From Octopus bimaculoides (taxonomy: Eukaryota), in NCBI RefSeq assembly GCF_001194135.2, contig NC_068981.1, positions 73,535,924-73,586,680 of the forward strand: a stretch of DNA of 50,757 nucleotides, in the 5' to 3' direction. Shown here piece after piece: positions 38,001 through 50,757 of this stretch. The number at the start of each line of letters is the position of its first letter. Position 1 is the first letter of the stretch. The position numbers and the translations under genes were made by a program. Under the pieces are notes generated by a model, which saw nothing but the letters and a program-made list of their open reading frames with translations, was not told the DNA's origin and made no database searches.

Positions 38001-40250
38001 AGCTAGCAAGGTCACGCCTACTTTTTTCTGTACGTCGTATTGCGAGATTGTCACCAACAGTTATATGATTTCGTTTCCGTGTGTTTTTCCTGTCATTGTA
38101 TATTTTGTGTACCTTATCGTTCATTTGAACTGTTGTCCGTTTGGAAACAGCAATTTTTCCCCTACGGAGCTGAAAATACTGTCAAAAATTAGTTTGTTGG
38201 ATTATTTTTTCTGAAAACTTATTGAACTGTTGATTTGCTCATTGCTGGGCGTTGCTTTATTAATTTTTGAAATTCTGTGACAAAATTGAAAATTTTCGTT
38301 ATGGAATTCAGTATTGAATCCTTAAAAGACTTCCCTGTGATGGGAAAGGAGTGTACTATTGTAAACAAGGATACACAGGAAAAAATCAAGTCTTTCAGCC
38401 GCGGTAGGCGGGAACGAAATGGAAATCGAATTGAAAATGGAACATTTGTATAAGTTCAGGAATTTAATAAAGAAAAAAGTGGCGGCAACACTAAGCTGTT
38501 GCCGCTCCTTGAAACAGTTGCAGAAATTAATGCCCGAACAGTGGTGTATAAGGTTTATAACCTGAAAGAGAAAAAAATTATGGAGTGACTGTCGAAGCGC
38601 AGTTCCTATCGGCTAACGTAGCGAAGGAAGTGTAAACAAAAACACTAAAAAACGAAGAAATAATGCTGCTGCCCACATACTTGGGCCGCAGGACGGCTAA
38701 AATCACTATAGAAGAAATTCCTGCCAGATATGAAGTTTTTATGGGTGGTGGTAGCAGTAATATATGACGTGGAGCAGAAAGTAACCATCTTGCAAATGAA
38801 AAAGAAAGGTGCGATAAATTGGAAAGCCCAAAGACTCGAATTAGTGGTACAAGCCTCTAATGAAACTTCAGAAAATTTGCCCGATAGGATGTTTGTAGGG
38901 GAGGGGCTCTCCATGCGAGTAGCCGTAGAGGGGCATAGGTCCAGATATTTCAAATGTAGAGAGAAGGGCTACGTCCGATCTAGGTGCACAAAAAATAAAA
39001 AAGAAAATGAGGCCCCTCCCCAAAAAGCGGCAAAAGAAGTAAAAGCAGCGGAAAAACCTGAAAACACAACAGGAAAAATACAGAAAAAGTGGAAGAGAAA
39101 AAAGACATTGAGAAAAAAGATACAAGCGAAGATATGGACTTCACTACTGTAACGCATAAATGAAAGAAAGCACATGTTCCGAACTCTTCTCCCCAAACAA
39201 AAAAATCACCGAAGCATGCAGACACACATAACCAAACTCCCCAACCCAGTCCCACGGTAAAACAATTTGCCAAACCCCTCCCCAAAATACAGGGAAAAAA
39301 AGGGAAAAGTAATGGCATTCAGAGAAGAAAAAAAATGAGACATTAAACAGAATCATTAGATCACACCACAGAGCAAGAGTTTACAAAGTATCTGAAGACA
39401 ATAAAACTGACATTCGATTTGCGAAAAGGAAGGAAACTTTAAACACAGAGCTTAAAGAACGCTACTCAGATGACATTAGAGACGTGAGTGTGGAAGTGGT
39501 TGAGGGCAAGTTAATTGTTAGACCAGCAACTACCTCAAGAGAAAGCCCTACGGCGACACCATCGAAAAGTCCAGCGGCCACACCAAGCAAAGAGAAAGAT
39601 AAGGAGACAGACGGAGTTGCGCAGCTCCTCCCCAAATTGAAACTGTAAGTTATCCCTTTCTTTTATTTTTTCAATGATGATTAAGTTAGGGTGCATGAAT
39701 GTGCGTGGCCTGGGGTCGAAATGGAAATAAACTTGTTTCTTGGACAATCTCAGGTCACATGATATAGACGTGTGCATTGTAACTGAGTCTAAGCGTTCTC
39801 GCCTTTCTTGAATGGCTACGAGAAATTTATTGCCCGTAGCCGACAAGGAAGAGGGGGCGTGGTGGTCTTATTCAGGAAGAACTTGGACTTACAGGTAAGT
39901 ACTGTTTTTCTGGACCCAGAAGGTAGGCTGGTCGTGCTGTACGTAACCCACGTAATTAAGCAGTCCTTCAGGTTGGTAGCTGTCTAAGCTCCTAACGAGC
40001 GTGGGCAGTCTGGTTTTTTTCGAGACCTGGAGCACGTTCTAGTGACGTCAAAAACAATAGTTCTGCTAGGACACTTTGACACTATCTTCGATGCACGGGG
40101 GGATAGTGTTGGCTCGACTGATAGGATAGGAAATCCTGGCCTCAAGGGTCTACTAGAGAGCTATAATCTAGTAGACGGTTACAGACTGGATGAACCGAGC
40201 GTCCCACAGTGGACGTAGAGTAATAACGACGGCTCACGCAGATCTTCGAT
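38001..40250 (+). mobile_element. L1/Tx1-like LINE: 5' UTR, ORF1 and the APE endonuclease start of ORF2, 3'-truncated
   Basis: ORF1 LLPTYLGRRTAKITI and VEGHRSRYFKCREKGYVRSRC. ORF2 from about 39675: MIKLGCMNVRGL...DVCIVTESK...GRGGVVVLF...DPEGRLV...V*APN...LLGHFD (GDFN)...LVDGYR...QWT*. Confidence 0.85.
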
Positions 40251-40427
40251 GTGTTTTGCAGGCTTGCTTTATTTTAACCCTTAATTGAGAAATGGAGAAA
40301 AACATAGTGCTTGATATAAAAAAATAAGCCATTTGGGGCGAGAAATAAAGCGGAAATTCTTCGAGTAGGCATGTGTCTTATGCGAATTCTATGATGAGCC
40401 CGAGTGACTGTGATGACCTGTAGCTGC

Positions 40428-40459
<32 letters not shown>

Positions 40460-41634
40460 CAGGGAGAGAGAGAGAGACTGACAAAGCTACTTTCATTATC
40501 TTCTTTACAGAATTTGTTCATGTCGTGTTAGATTTCAGTGAACTTATTTAGATAGAAACGAGTAATCGTCACTCAAATAGACATTAACTACACGGGTATT
40601 TTGGGAAAGGAATGGGAAGTGAGAAGAAACAAGGTTGTCTAAACAATAGGTTAAAAGGAGGCAGAATTGTTAGCGCTTTTTCGAAAAGAAAGAGAGGACA
40701 GTCTCTGAGAGATAGCTACAGAAACGTGAACAGGTGAAGAAAAATCTTAAGTTTCTAAATGTGGAAAAATTACATCTAAGTATTTTAGATTATTGTTAAT
40801 AGTAAATAAACTTTTAAGATATAACACAAATAACTAAACAAGACACTTCTAAAGTCAATATTAAGAGAACTATTTAGATATTCAAGTTAATCAAAAAAGA
40901 ATTAAACAGTTATATATGAAGGGCAACATTCTTTATTAATGAACATAATTATTAACTAAAAAAAATTAATGTCATGCCTGTTTAACAATTAGAAGCATCT
41001 AAACAATTAACTCTCATGTAACGTTCTTAAGTTAATAATTATCAAACAATTAAATCAGGAATAACATTTCTATATAACTGGAGAAAACGGGAAATTCTTC
41101 AGTTAAATAATGAGAGAATTGTTCTCTAAGGTTTAGATTTACATTGATTTGTTTTTTTGTTTAGTTAATAAATAACAGAAACGGTCTTAAGTTTAGAAGA
41201 TAACAGGAGGGAGAAACAGATAGGTAGAAAGGTGCATAATTATAGCTAACATAGAAATATTGAGAGAATCACAATATAGATAACACAGTACACTCTGGAA
41301 ATACCGATTGAACACGGTGTCTGACGAACTGAACTTAAAACATAGATTGAAGAGAGAGCACATTCGGTGATTCACATCCTAAGCTGAGTAATGGGTATGC
41401 AAATTTTATATTAATAAATATCAATAAATAAGGAACAATCACACCGCATTGGTCTTATCAACAATGTTTTTCATTTCATCTACCGGTTACAAACCTTTTT
41501 GCTCCGTATTCCTATGCCCTAAGCTGTACTCCGTACTTCCCTGTGTAGTTAATGACCAAATAGCAGATCACACGACTAAACGTTACGCCCTTGTATACAA
41601 ACCATTTCCCCACAGATCTTTACTAACTGTTGTA

Positions 41635-41846
41635 CAGGGTGCCCACAAAGTCTCAGTACATGGGGATTAACACATACTTTAAGAAATTATTATTTTTTAT
41701 ATTTAATCGTTTATGTTATCATTTTATTTACTCCACGTACCCACATGGGTATTAACGCATACTTCAAGAAATTATTATTTCTTATATTTAATTGTTTATA
41801 TTATGATTTTATTTACTCCATGTACCCAGATTTTGTGGACACCCTG
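41635..41846. mobile_element. Tc1/mariner-type MITE with TA TSD and an internal 85-bp tandem duplication
   Basis: TA|CAGGGTGCCCACAAAGTCTCAGTACATGG ... CCATGTACCCAGATTTTGTGGACACCCTG|TA. Internal units start at 41659 and 41744. Confidence 0.88.
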
Positions 41847-41929
41847 TATAGAATAGAAGTTGCTATGTAAGAACTTCCTCCCTTTTTCCCACCGTTTCTC
41901 TTTCTCATTTTGTATCTTTTATCTTGTAT

Positions 41930-42367
41930 CTTTTACTCGTTTTAGTTATTATAGTACAGCCATGGCGAAGCACCACCTTGAGGAATGTTAGACGAACGAC
42001 TCGATCCCAGCGCTTGCTTTTTGTAAGCTAAGTACTTATTCTATCGTGGTCTTTTAATGTGCCGCTAAGTTATGGGTACGTAAACAAACTAACTCCGGTT
42101 GTCAAGCCGTGGAGGGAAACAGACACGCACAAACACAAACGTGCGTGTGTGTGTGTGTGTGTGTGTGTGTTTGTGTGTGTGTGCGTGTGTGTGTGTATGT
42201 GTGTGTGCGAGTGTGTACCAAACATTTTAGTTTGCGTTTACCAAATCCACTCAAAAGGTTTTAACCGCTCCAAGGCTATAGTAGAAGACACTTGCCTGAG
42301 GTGCCACGTGATGGAGCCGAAGCCCAGAATAATGTGGTTGGGAAGCAAACTTCTTACCACACAGCCA
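41930..42367 (-). mobile_element. SINE family B, divergent full-length copy
   Basis: Reverse complement TGGCTGTGTGGTAAGAAGTTTGCTTCCCAACCAC...GGCAAGTGTCTTCTACTATAGCC...GAGTGGATTTGGTAAACG. Confidence 0.85.
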
Positions 42368-42404
42368 TATACGTGTGTATGTATATATATATATATATAT
42401 ATAT

Positions 42405-42445
<41 letters not shown>

Positions 42446-42607
42446 NNNNNNNNNNNNNNNNNNNNNNNNNNNNNNNNNNNNNNNNNNNNNNNNNNNNNNN
42501 NNNNNNNNNNNNNNNNNNNNNNNNNNNNNNNNNNNNNNNNNNNNNNNNNNNNNNNNNNNNNNNNNNNNNNNNNNNNNNNNNNNNNNNNNNNNNNNNNNNN
42601 NNNNNNN

Positions 42608-42658
<51 letters not shown>

Positions 42659-43624
42659 GTATGTATATGTATATATATATGTATATATATGTATGTATGT
42701 ATATTCGTTTAACGAACATAACCAGTGCTGACAAGTGATAAGTGTCAGCAATGTTTGTGCAAGTGTTTTATGTCGAGTGCGACTTACACAAGCCTACGAC
42801 AACTCTCACTAGCAATGCCAAAAAGCCCAGAGCCAAGTAAGGTGCAAGACATCTGGCTTAGTAGAGCAGCCGGTTTTATAGACAAGTTAGCTTTCTCCTA
42901 GAGGGATGCATTTACAAAGACCAGAGGTCCCTCATTCCCAGTTAGTTTACTGCGCCCTCGGACACGAATCCGTGTATTTCTACGTCAAAGAATGCTTGAT
43001 ACATTAACAATAACTAGTAAAAAAAATTTCTGAAAGTTTATTACCTATTAGAAAAAAAAAAGAAAAAACAGTTCTTTTATTTAGCAGAATGTGACTAACC
43101 TTTGTAGAAGAAGTTTGTAAAATATTTTATGTTTAGTGTCCTGTATATCTTGTGTGTAAGCGCTTTCGTTTTTCATGCTTTTAAACACACGCGTTCTGGG
43201 TTAATGCATAAAGAGGAGGTTGATTTTTGTAATGGTTTAACTACATTCGGTTTAGCTTCGGATTAAGAATTTTCATTATTTTTATGATGTATCCTTCTTT
43301 TGTCATTTCTAGTTGATCAGTTCCATCTTATATTTTGTACATGGAACATTTCTAAGAGATGAATCTTTAATGTGCTGATCATCCACGTTAGTTCAATATC
43401 TCTTTTTCCAATATAATTCTCATTGCATTCTCGGCATATGACGCAATAGAAGAGATTTTTTTGTTTTGCCATTCATGTTTGCATTCACTTTCAGCTCCTT
43501 ACCATTTGGTTGTTCCTTGTTAAATTATTTCCCATATACCAAAACGAGGGTCTCCAGAGTTTATTACTTGTATTATTTCTTTCTGGCATGTGACTCTCGC
43601 TTTTGTTAGAAGACACTTGAGATT

Positions 43625-43998
43625 TAGAACCAACCGAGCAGAAACCTTTGTGATATCTAGTTCATTTTGCAGAATATACACAACTCTCCTACGGGATATG
43701 CTAGTAGTATTGGCTATTTGATTTAAAGTCAATCGCCTTTCATCCGTCACCATATGATTAACACGATCAATGTTTTCCTCGGTGGTGGTAGTTGTAGGAC
43801 GTCCAGAAAGTGGATCATCTAAAAGACTCACACTTCCCATTCTAAATTCAGCTGCCCGCTTTTGAGCCGTTGATAAAGCTGGTGCGCCATCCCCTAATGT
43901 AGCAACCATGTCAGCATGAATGTCCTTGGGGCAAGATTTCATAGCGATAGCCTCACTCCTTCATGGTTAGCCTTTAAACTTTTCAGACCACCCTCGTA
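43625..43998 (-). mobile_element. Mariner 5' fragment (TIR and N-terminal HTH domains)
   Basis: TIR TACGAGGGTGGTCTGAAAAGTTT at 43998-43976; KDIHADMVATLG...AAEFRMG...DDPLSGRP...DERRLT...KVSARLV. Confidence 0.85.
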
Positions 43999-44449
43999 TT
44001 AAAAGATACAAGATATGTATGAGTGTCTATACCCATATTCCCTCCTACCTACCTACCTACCTGCTACCTAACTCCCTCCCTCCCTTCTTCCCTCTCTCCC
44101 TCCNNNNNNNNNNNNNNNNNNNNNNNNNNNNNNNNNNNNNNNNNNNNNNNNNNNNNNNNNNNNNNNNNNNNNNNNNNNNNNNNNNNNNNNNNNNNNNNNN
44201 NNNNNNNNNNNNNNNNNNNNNNNNNNNNNNNNNNNNNNNTCCCTCCCACCCTCCCTCCCTGCCTATCTACTTACATAAATACATACATACGTACGGATGT
44301 ATGTATTTGACTCTATACTGCACTTAGCATATATATATCTCTATAGATATAAATGTATTTAGGTACATGTATATACACGAACACATTCGTATATATATAT
44401 ATATATATATATACATATATACATAGATATACACACAGACATAATAAAT

Positions 44450-44494
<45 letters not shown>

Positions 44495-44652
44495 CAATAC
44501 TCAAAACATCTAAGAATGCATATTGATCTGATAGTATATCGACATACCTATCTGACTGAGTCTGTCTCTCTGTCTGTCTGCTTGATTCTCTATCTGCTAG
44601 TTTCTTGGCATGTACCCTCTTTCTACCTGTCTGCTTATCTGCATGTCTAACG

Positions 44653-45034
44653 CTTTTACTCTTTTACTTGTTTCGGTTACTTGACTGTGGCCATGCTCGA
44701 GCACCGTCTTTAGTCGAACAAATCGACCCCAGAAGTTATTCTTTGTAAGCCTAGTACTTATTCTATAGGTCTCTTTTGCCGAACCGCTAGTTTAGGGGAT
44801 GTAAACACACCAACATCGGTTGTCAACCGATGGTGGGGGGAAAATAGACACAATTACATACATATGCATATTTATACGACGGACTTCTTGCAGTTTCCGT
44901 CTACCAAATCCACTCAAAAGGTGTTGGTCGGCCCGAGGATATAGTAGGATACACTTGTCCAAAGTGCCACGCAGTGGGAGTGAACCCGGAACTATATGAT
45001 TGGGAAGCAAGCCTTTTACTACACAGCCGCTCCT
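44653..45034 (-). mobile_element. SINE family B, full length
   Basis: Collinear with the reverse complement of 37391-37808. Confidence 0.9.
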
Positions 45035-45840
45035 ACCTATCCATCTTCCTCTCGTATCTATCATGTAATAATGTATCTATGTTTAGCTAACAACCAATCT
45101 GCTTTTATCAACTCTACATCATATATATNNNNNNNNNNNNNNNNNNNNNNNNNNNNNNNNNNNNNNNNNNNNNNNNNNNNNNNNNNNNNNNNNNNNNNNN
45201 NNNNNNNNNNNNNNNNNNNNNNNNNNNNNNNNNNNNNNNNNNNNNNNNNNNNNNNNNNNNNNNNNNNNNNNNNNNNNNNNNNNNNNNNNNNNNNNNNNNN
45301 NNNNNNNNNNNNNNNNNNNNNNNNNNNNNNNNNNNNNNNNNNNNNNNNNNNNNNNNNNNNNNNNNNNNNNNNNNNNNNNNNNNNNNNNNNNNNNNNNNNN
45401 NNNNNNNNNNNNNNNNNNNNNNNNNNNNNNNNNNNNNNNNNNNNNNNNNNNNNNNNNNNNNNNNNNNNNNNNNNNNNNNNNNNNNNNNNNNNNNNNNNNN
45501 NNNNNNNNNNNNNNNNNNNNNNNNNNNNNNNNNNNNNNNNNNNNNNNNNNNNNNNNNNNNNNNNNNNNNNNNNNNNNNNNNNNNNNNNNNNNNNNNNNNN
45601 NNNNNNNNNNNNNNNNNNNNNNNNNNNNNNNNNNNNNNNNNNNNNNNNNNNNNNNNNNNNNNNNNNNNNNNNNNNNNNNNNNNNNNNNNNNNNNNNNNNN
45701 NNNNNNNNNNNNNNNNNNNNNNNNNNNNNNNNNNNNNNNNNNNNNNNNNNNNNNNNNNNNNNTATATATATGTATATATATGTATAGATGTTTATATACA
45801 TATATATGTATATATATGTATATATACATATATGTGTATG

Positions 45841-45889
<49 letters not shown>

Positions 45890-46939
45890 TTGTATATATG
45901 TATGTATATATATGTATATATATATATATATTTGTATATATGTATGTATATATATTTATATATATATATGTATATATATATATGTGTTTATATATGTATG
46001 TGTGCGTGCGTGTACGTATGTATTTATGTATGTATGTATATATATGTATGTGTGTGTGCGTGTACGTATGTAGTTATGTATGTATGTATATATATGTATG
46101 TGCATGCCCTAATTATCCGTCTCTGAAACGTCTTAACCAATTTTCTTTCACTTTCTTTACTCAACTGCCTAGTTTTCTTTCACATCACACACTGAGCTTC
46201 GTTTTATTTGTACTTCATCTGTCTGATTCTCTTCTCTCTCCCTAATTCCAAATGCCTAGTTACATTAGATCTAGTCTAGTAGTTATTCTAATTCACCTTC
46301 GTTTGACTTCATTCTTTTTATTCTCTGTTTTCACACCAAAACCGCTATCAAGATCTGCACTATTATATTCTGAAACTGAAAGTAAGTTGACTTGCAACAG
46401 TTTAAACGAGTCGCCATTTTCGTTACTATATTTAGTCCTTCTCGGCAAGTTGTCAAGCTGGCTAGATGTTACCATAGGAGCGCAAAATCGATATTTCCCA
46501 CATGCCAGACATGTACCTAATCAATATCAAGGCAATATGTGTTTATACGTGCTTCTATCTCTTATTTTCTTCTCCTTTCTCGCTTTCTCTCTCTCTATCT
46601 TTCTTTGCGTATGTGTGCTAGTGCGTTGTATGTTATGGTAGTGCACAAAATTAGATGTATGTATAGTGCGGTTTGCTGCGTTTAGTCATTATTAATGCTT
46701 GGAAAATGAATATGTGCGTGTGTGCATATATGTATATATACATACATACCGGTACTCCAAGATGGCCGCAGTCAAATAAATGAAGCAAATAAAAGAATGA
46801 ACACACACACACACACACACACACACACTTACACACACACACACACACACACACACAATATTTTCTTTAACTCTTTAGCTAGTTCCAGCTCGAGAGCTGT
46901 GGCCATGCTAGGGCAAATTAGATATCTATATATATATAA

Positions 46940-47116
46940 CTCTTTTACTCTCATACTTGTTTCAGTCATTTGACTGCGGCCATGCTGGAGAACCGCCTTT
47001 AGTCGAGCAAATCGACCCCATTACATATTCTTTGTAAGCCTAGTACTTATTCTATCGGTCTCTTTTGCCGAACCGCTACGTTACGGGGACGTTAATACAC
47101 CAGTATCGGTTGTTAA
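46940..47116 (-). mobile_element. SINE family B, 3' half (cut by gap)
   Basis: CTTGTTTCAGTCATTTGACTGCGGCCATGCTGG...TTTGCCGAACCGCTA. A short plus-strand 3' fragment also lies at about 46751-46800. Confidence 0.88.
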
Positions 47117-47475
47117 NNNNNNNNNNNNNNNNNNNNNNNNNNNNNNNNNNNNNNNNNNNNNNNNNNNNNNNNNNNNNNNNNNNNNNNNNNNNNNNNNNNN
47201 NNNNNNNNNNNNNNNNNNNNNNNNNNNNNNNNNNNNNNNNNNNNNNNNNNNNNNNNNNNNNNNNNNNNNNNNNNNNNNNNNNNNNNNNNNNNNNNNNNNN
47301 NNNNNNNNNNNNNNNNNNNNNNNNNNNNNNNNNNNNNNNNNNNNNNNNNNNNNNNNNNNNNNNNNNNNNNNNNNNNNNNNNNNNNNNNNNNNNNNNNNNN
47401 NNNNNNNNNNNNNNNNNNNNNNNNNNNNNNNNNNNNNNNNNNNNNNNNNNNNNNNNNNNNNNNNNNNNNNNNNNN

Positions 47476-47556
<81 letters not shown>

Positions 47557-47699
47557 CACATACATACATATATACTTCTGCCGATACGTGTATATGTGTA
47601 TGTTTATTTGTGTGTGTGTGTCTCGTGCGTGTGTGTATGCGCGTCTATAAGCATATAGATATTATGTCTGTATGTAGACGTTCGAACGTCGGCAATAGA

Positions 47700-48040
47700 A
47701 TACCATGAGTTCTGACTTGCTGCACTCTGAGGCCGCATCTTGGCGAGGAATACCTTGATGTGGCCTGTAAAGTTGCAAGAATTAGGTGTTGCACTGGATG
47801 GTTTGCAGCGTGAGCTCCTGCTTAGTCGTTTCAGTGTTCATATTCTGCCAAGATCTACTCGGTGTTTATTTGAATGCATTGCCTGATATAACACTACTGT
47901 ATTGTCTCTGGGTGTATTTACCAGAACGTTCTCTTGTTTTGCAAACATTTTGTACCAGTTCTCAGCGTTGAGGACACCTTCTCCCTTCCTCTCCTGAGCT
48001 CTGAATTCCCAGTAAATGACCATGGGCGCGGCCTTCTCAA
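47700..48040 (-). mobile_element. Possible highly diverged RLE-element fragment
   Basis: IYWEF...NWYK...QEN...KHRVDL loosely parallels the IHWEL..WY..EN..HNRPDI region of the other RLE copies. Confidence 0.3.
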
Positions 48041-48581
48041 ACTAAATGGCAATACATACATATACGTCTGTATATATGAGTGTGTCTTTGTGTATATATC
48101 TACATGTGTGTGTATGTGCATGTGTGTGTATGTGCATGTGTGTGTATGTGCATGTGTGTGTATGTGCATGTGTGTGTATGTGCATGTGTGTGTGTGTCTG
48201 CATATATATACAGAGAGAGAGAGAGAGAGAGAGAGAAATACATATATATACACAAGTATATATATGTATACATACATGTATATAATATATACATATCTAT
48301 ATATGTGAGTATGTGTATGTATATATATGTACACNNNNNNNNNNNNNNNNNNNNNNNNNNNNNNNNNNNNNNNNNNNNNNNNNNNNNNNNNNNNNNNNNN
48401 NNNNNNNNNNNNNNNNNNNNNNNNNNNNNNNNNNNNNNNNNNNNNNNNNNNNNNNNNNNNNNNNNNNNNNNNNNNNNNNNNNNNNNNNNNNNNNNNNNNN
48501 NNNNNNNNNNNNNNNNNNNNNNNNNNNNNNNNNNNNNNNNNNNNNNNNNNNNNNNNNNNNNNNNNNNNNNNNNNNNNNNNN

Positions 48582-48647
<66 letters not shown>

Positions 48648-48654
48648 CAGCTAT

Positions 48655-49060
48655 GCTGAAACAGGTGATACAGGAAAGTGCAGCATTGACGACAAAACAT
48701 TTGTGGAGTAAATGTTAAAGCTTTGCATAAACGACAATTTGAGTTTAGCACACTAATTTTTATAAGAAGGGGATGGATCATATCTGAAAGCAGCTCCAGG
48801 TGTTGTGAAGAACGAATTTGTGAGAGGTATTCCATTGGACCTCCGTGTAATCTGGCATGCTAAACATTGCTTTAATGTTTCAGCATTAAGTGCAGCAGCA
48901 TGCCTTTGCTGATCTTGGGAAAGTCTCATCTCTCTTCTCTTTTGAGACTCCATCTGATGTGCGGCAGCATGCCTTTGGTGATCTTGAGAAACATACACAC
49001 TCATACAAAATGTGACGTTGTCGTCGTCGTCGTCGACGTGGTATAAAATGTCTTGGACTA
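48655..49060 (-). mobile_element. Helitron RepHel N-terminal fragment, decayed
   Basis: Repeated (R)LSQDQQRHAAA, AAFRYDP and CRLCKA....CRQCC (C-x2-C...CC motif preceding the Rep domain in Helitrons); frameshifted. Confidence 0.6.
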
Positions 49061-49149
49061 TATTTGACTAGAGAAAGATTATCTCTATAAAATATTTCAA
49101 TGGAAATGGAAAAAATACAGGATGACACTTGTGGGTTGTGGTACTATTA

Positions 49150-49245
49150 CCTTGAAAATTTGATTTGATTTGGTGGAACCTTTTGAGAATGAACTAGGAA
49201 CAGACAGACAGACAAAGAATTTCATATATATATATATAGATAGAT
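49150..49245 (+). mobile_element. Possible 3' end of a Helitron/Helentron-derived non-autonomous element
   Basis: GAAAATTTG...GAACAGACAGACAGACAAAGAATTTCATATATATATATATAGAT pattern recalled from such elements; no full element seen. Confidence 0.3.
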
Positions 49246-50094
49246 AACTGGATTTCAGTAACCTGCGTGAAGAAAACTTTGACGTACCGTAAGCTTATAA
49301 ACTCTGTGTGGGATATACGTATAGCTGAGTAAGCTTAGACACATAGATGATTTCCCTGTCTCCTTGAAATTCACAGAGTCATCTTGGTGGCTTGCCACTA
49401 CTCCAAGAGGTCAGAGATGCGCAAGGGAAACTAACCTCCCACGAGTGAGACTGATTGCCTGCCGCAGACTTTTAGTATCATGTTTTAAACTTAGTGCTAG
49501 TCAGAACTCGATCTTCAAATAATGGATTCGCGATGGAACTGTTCTTGCGGCTAGATATCACACGTATCTACGACAATGAAATACCACCGTAGCTGTATCT
49601 TCATTATAGAGAAGCTGCATAAGTATCGAGAAAACGACTTATTTCCCTTCGCATGGGTGGCTGCATTCTCAGTTTTGTGGAATATAGGTACTCTCTTGCT
49701 CATCTTTGAAAACGAAAGATAAACGACATGCACACACGCACACACACACACACGCGCACACACGCGCACACACGCGCACACTCACAAGAACACCCATAAT
49801 CTTGCACGCGTGCCAATAACCTTCTCAAGCACAACCCTGTCCTCCTTGAAGTTTACCTACATTATTTAGTTCAAATTTAAAGAACACACGATGAAGAAAA
49901 GTGTTGCAACAAGCAGATGTATTAGTTTAACGCTCGGAAAAATGGAAAAGTCTTTTACGTTTTGTGCCCACGCTCTTCGACAGGAAGGATTAAGAGGGAA
50001 AAAAAGGAGAGAGTAAAAAAAAAAGATGTGCAGAGTTCAATGGTCCAATATGGCGAGTTAACTGGAAAAAAGAGGCTGAATGAAAGGGAGATGA

Positions 50095-50105
50095 TGATAA
50101 TGATC

Positions 50106-50160
<55 letters not shown>

Positions 50161-50370
50161 TAACAACAAAAGCACTCAGAGAGCGCAAACTTCTGTCAAC
50201 GCAACACCAACGTCCTCTGAACGATTAACCGGTAATGATTTTTTTAAATGAGAATATCTGAAATAAAATCGACTGTTCTCACAAACGGGAATATTAAAAA
50301 TGAACCCGATCATTCTCAAACGGAAAAAATAATCCATAAACTTTGTCCGGTATCTGATCTATCCCAATGG
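50095..50370 (+). mobile_element. (AAT)n tract followed by the 5' part of a DINE-1/HINE-like non-autonomous repeat
   Basis: AAAAGCACTCAGAGAGCGCAAAC...CAACACCAACGTCCTC start at about 50166 resembles Helentron-associated elements; recognition from memory only. Confidence 0.35.
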
Positions 50371-50757
50371 GAGTCATGGAATGTGCAAGTGGGTGTGTAG
50401 GTCGTGTTTGGTAATGCTGTATGTGTGTCGCTTGGGTAATGAAAATATTTGCATGTCTTCAGCGCACATATGTCGATAAGTCTTTGAGAATCCCTACGTA
50501 AAAGTTTTGGAAACGCTGGTTGAAATGCAACAGGAACTTTCGTAGAGAAATGTAATTGAACATAAAAATTATAATTGTAATGGAATGCACACTTTATCGT
50601 GGTCTTAAATTCCGGTCTTCCTTTAATAATCCCGTTGTTTTAGATCGACGTATAGGATTATTTATATATGTAGGTATACTGTAAAGTGTTAAAATGTATG
50701 TAAAATCTCCTAATATAATAATGAGCGTTGTCTTTTTATACATTTGTATATACATAT

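Noticed and set aside
40392-40434. ATGATGA ... CTGA, box C/D-like
   Set aside because: Only 36 nt between boxes and no terminal stem; too short for a C/D snoRNA.
46293-46475. Protein-like 60-aa minus ORF (LDNLPRRTKYSNENG...)
   Set aside because: No family recognised and no clear acceptor/donor pair.
49577-49723. 48-aa plus ORF with a hydrophobic stretch (MKYHRSC...FAWVAAFSVLWNIG)
   Set aside because: Length is within chance expectation; no supporting homology.

Overview
Repeat-saturated, AT-rich animal DNA with eight N gaps. The SINE types, microsatellite load and draft-assembly style suggest an octopus (coleoid cephalopod) genome; this is inference from recalled repeat sequences, not from a search. 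I could not support any host protein-coding exon, tRNA or rRNA. Most ORFs in the track are microsatellite or gap artefacts, and the recognisable ones are decayed transposon fragments. The window holds: six or seven fragments of RLE-endonuclease non-LTR retrotransposons (R4/Dong-like); three L1/Tx1-like fragments; three Tc1/mariner remnants (one DD37D); a hAT transposase relic; a Helitron relic; three tRNA-derived SINE families; and several fold-back elements. The most notable signal is two small non-coding repeat families, each carrying a type I hammerhead-ribozyme motif with a palindromic minimal stem III. They lie at 16.7 kb and 30.2 kb (family H1) and at 29.3 kb and 29.8 kb (family H2). Both occur in inverted arrangements, and the H1 copies show compensatory base changes.
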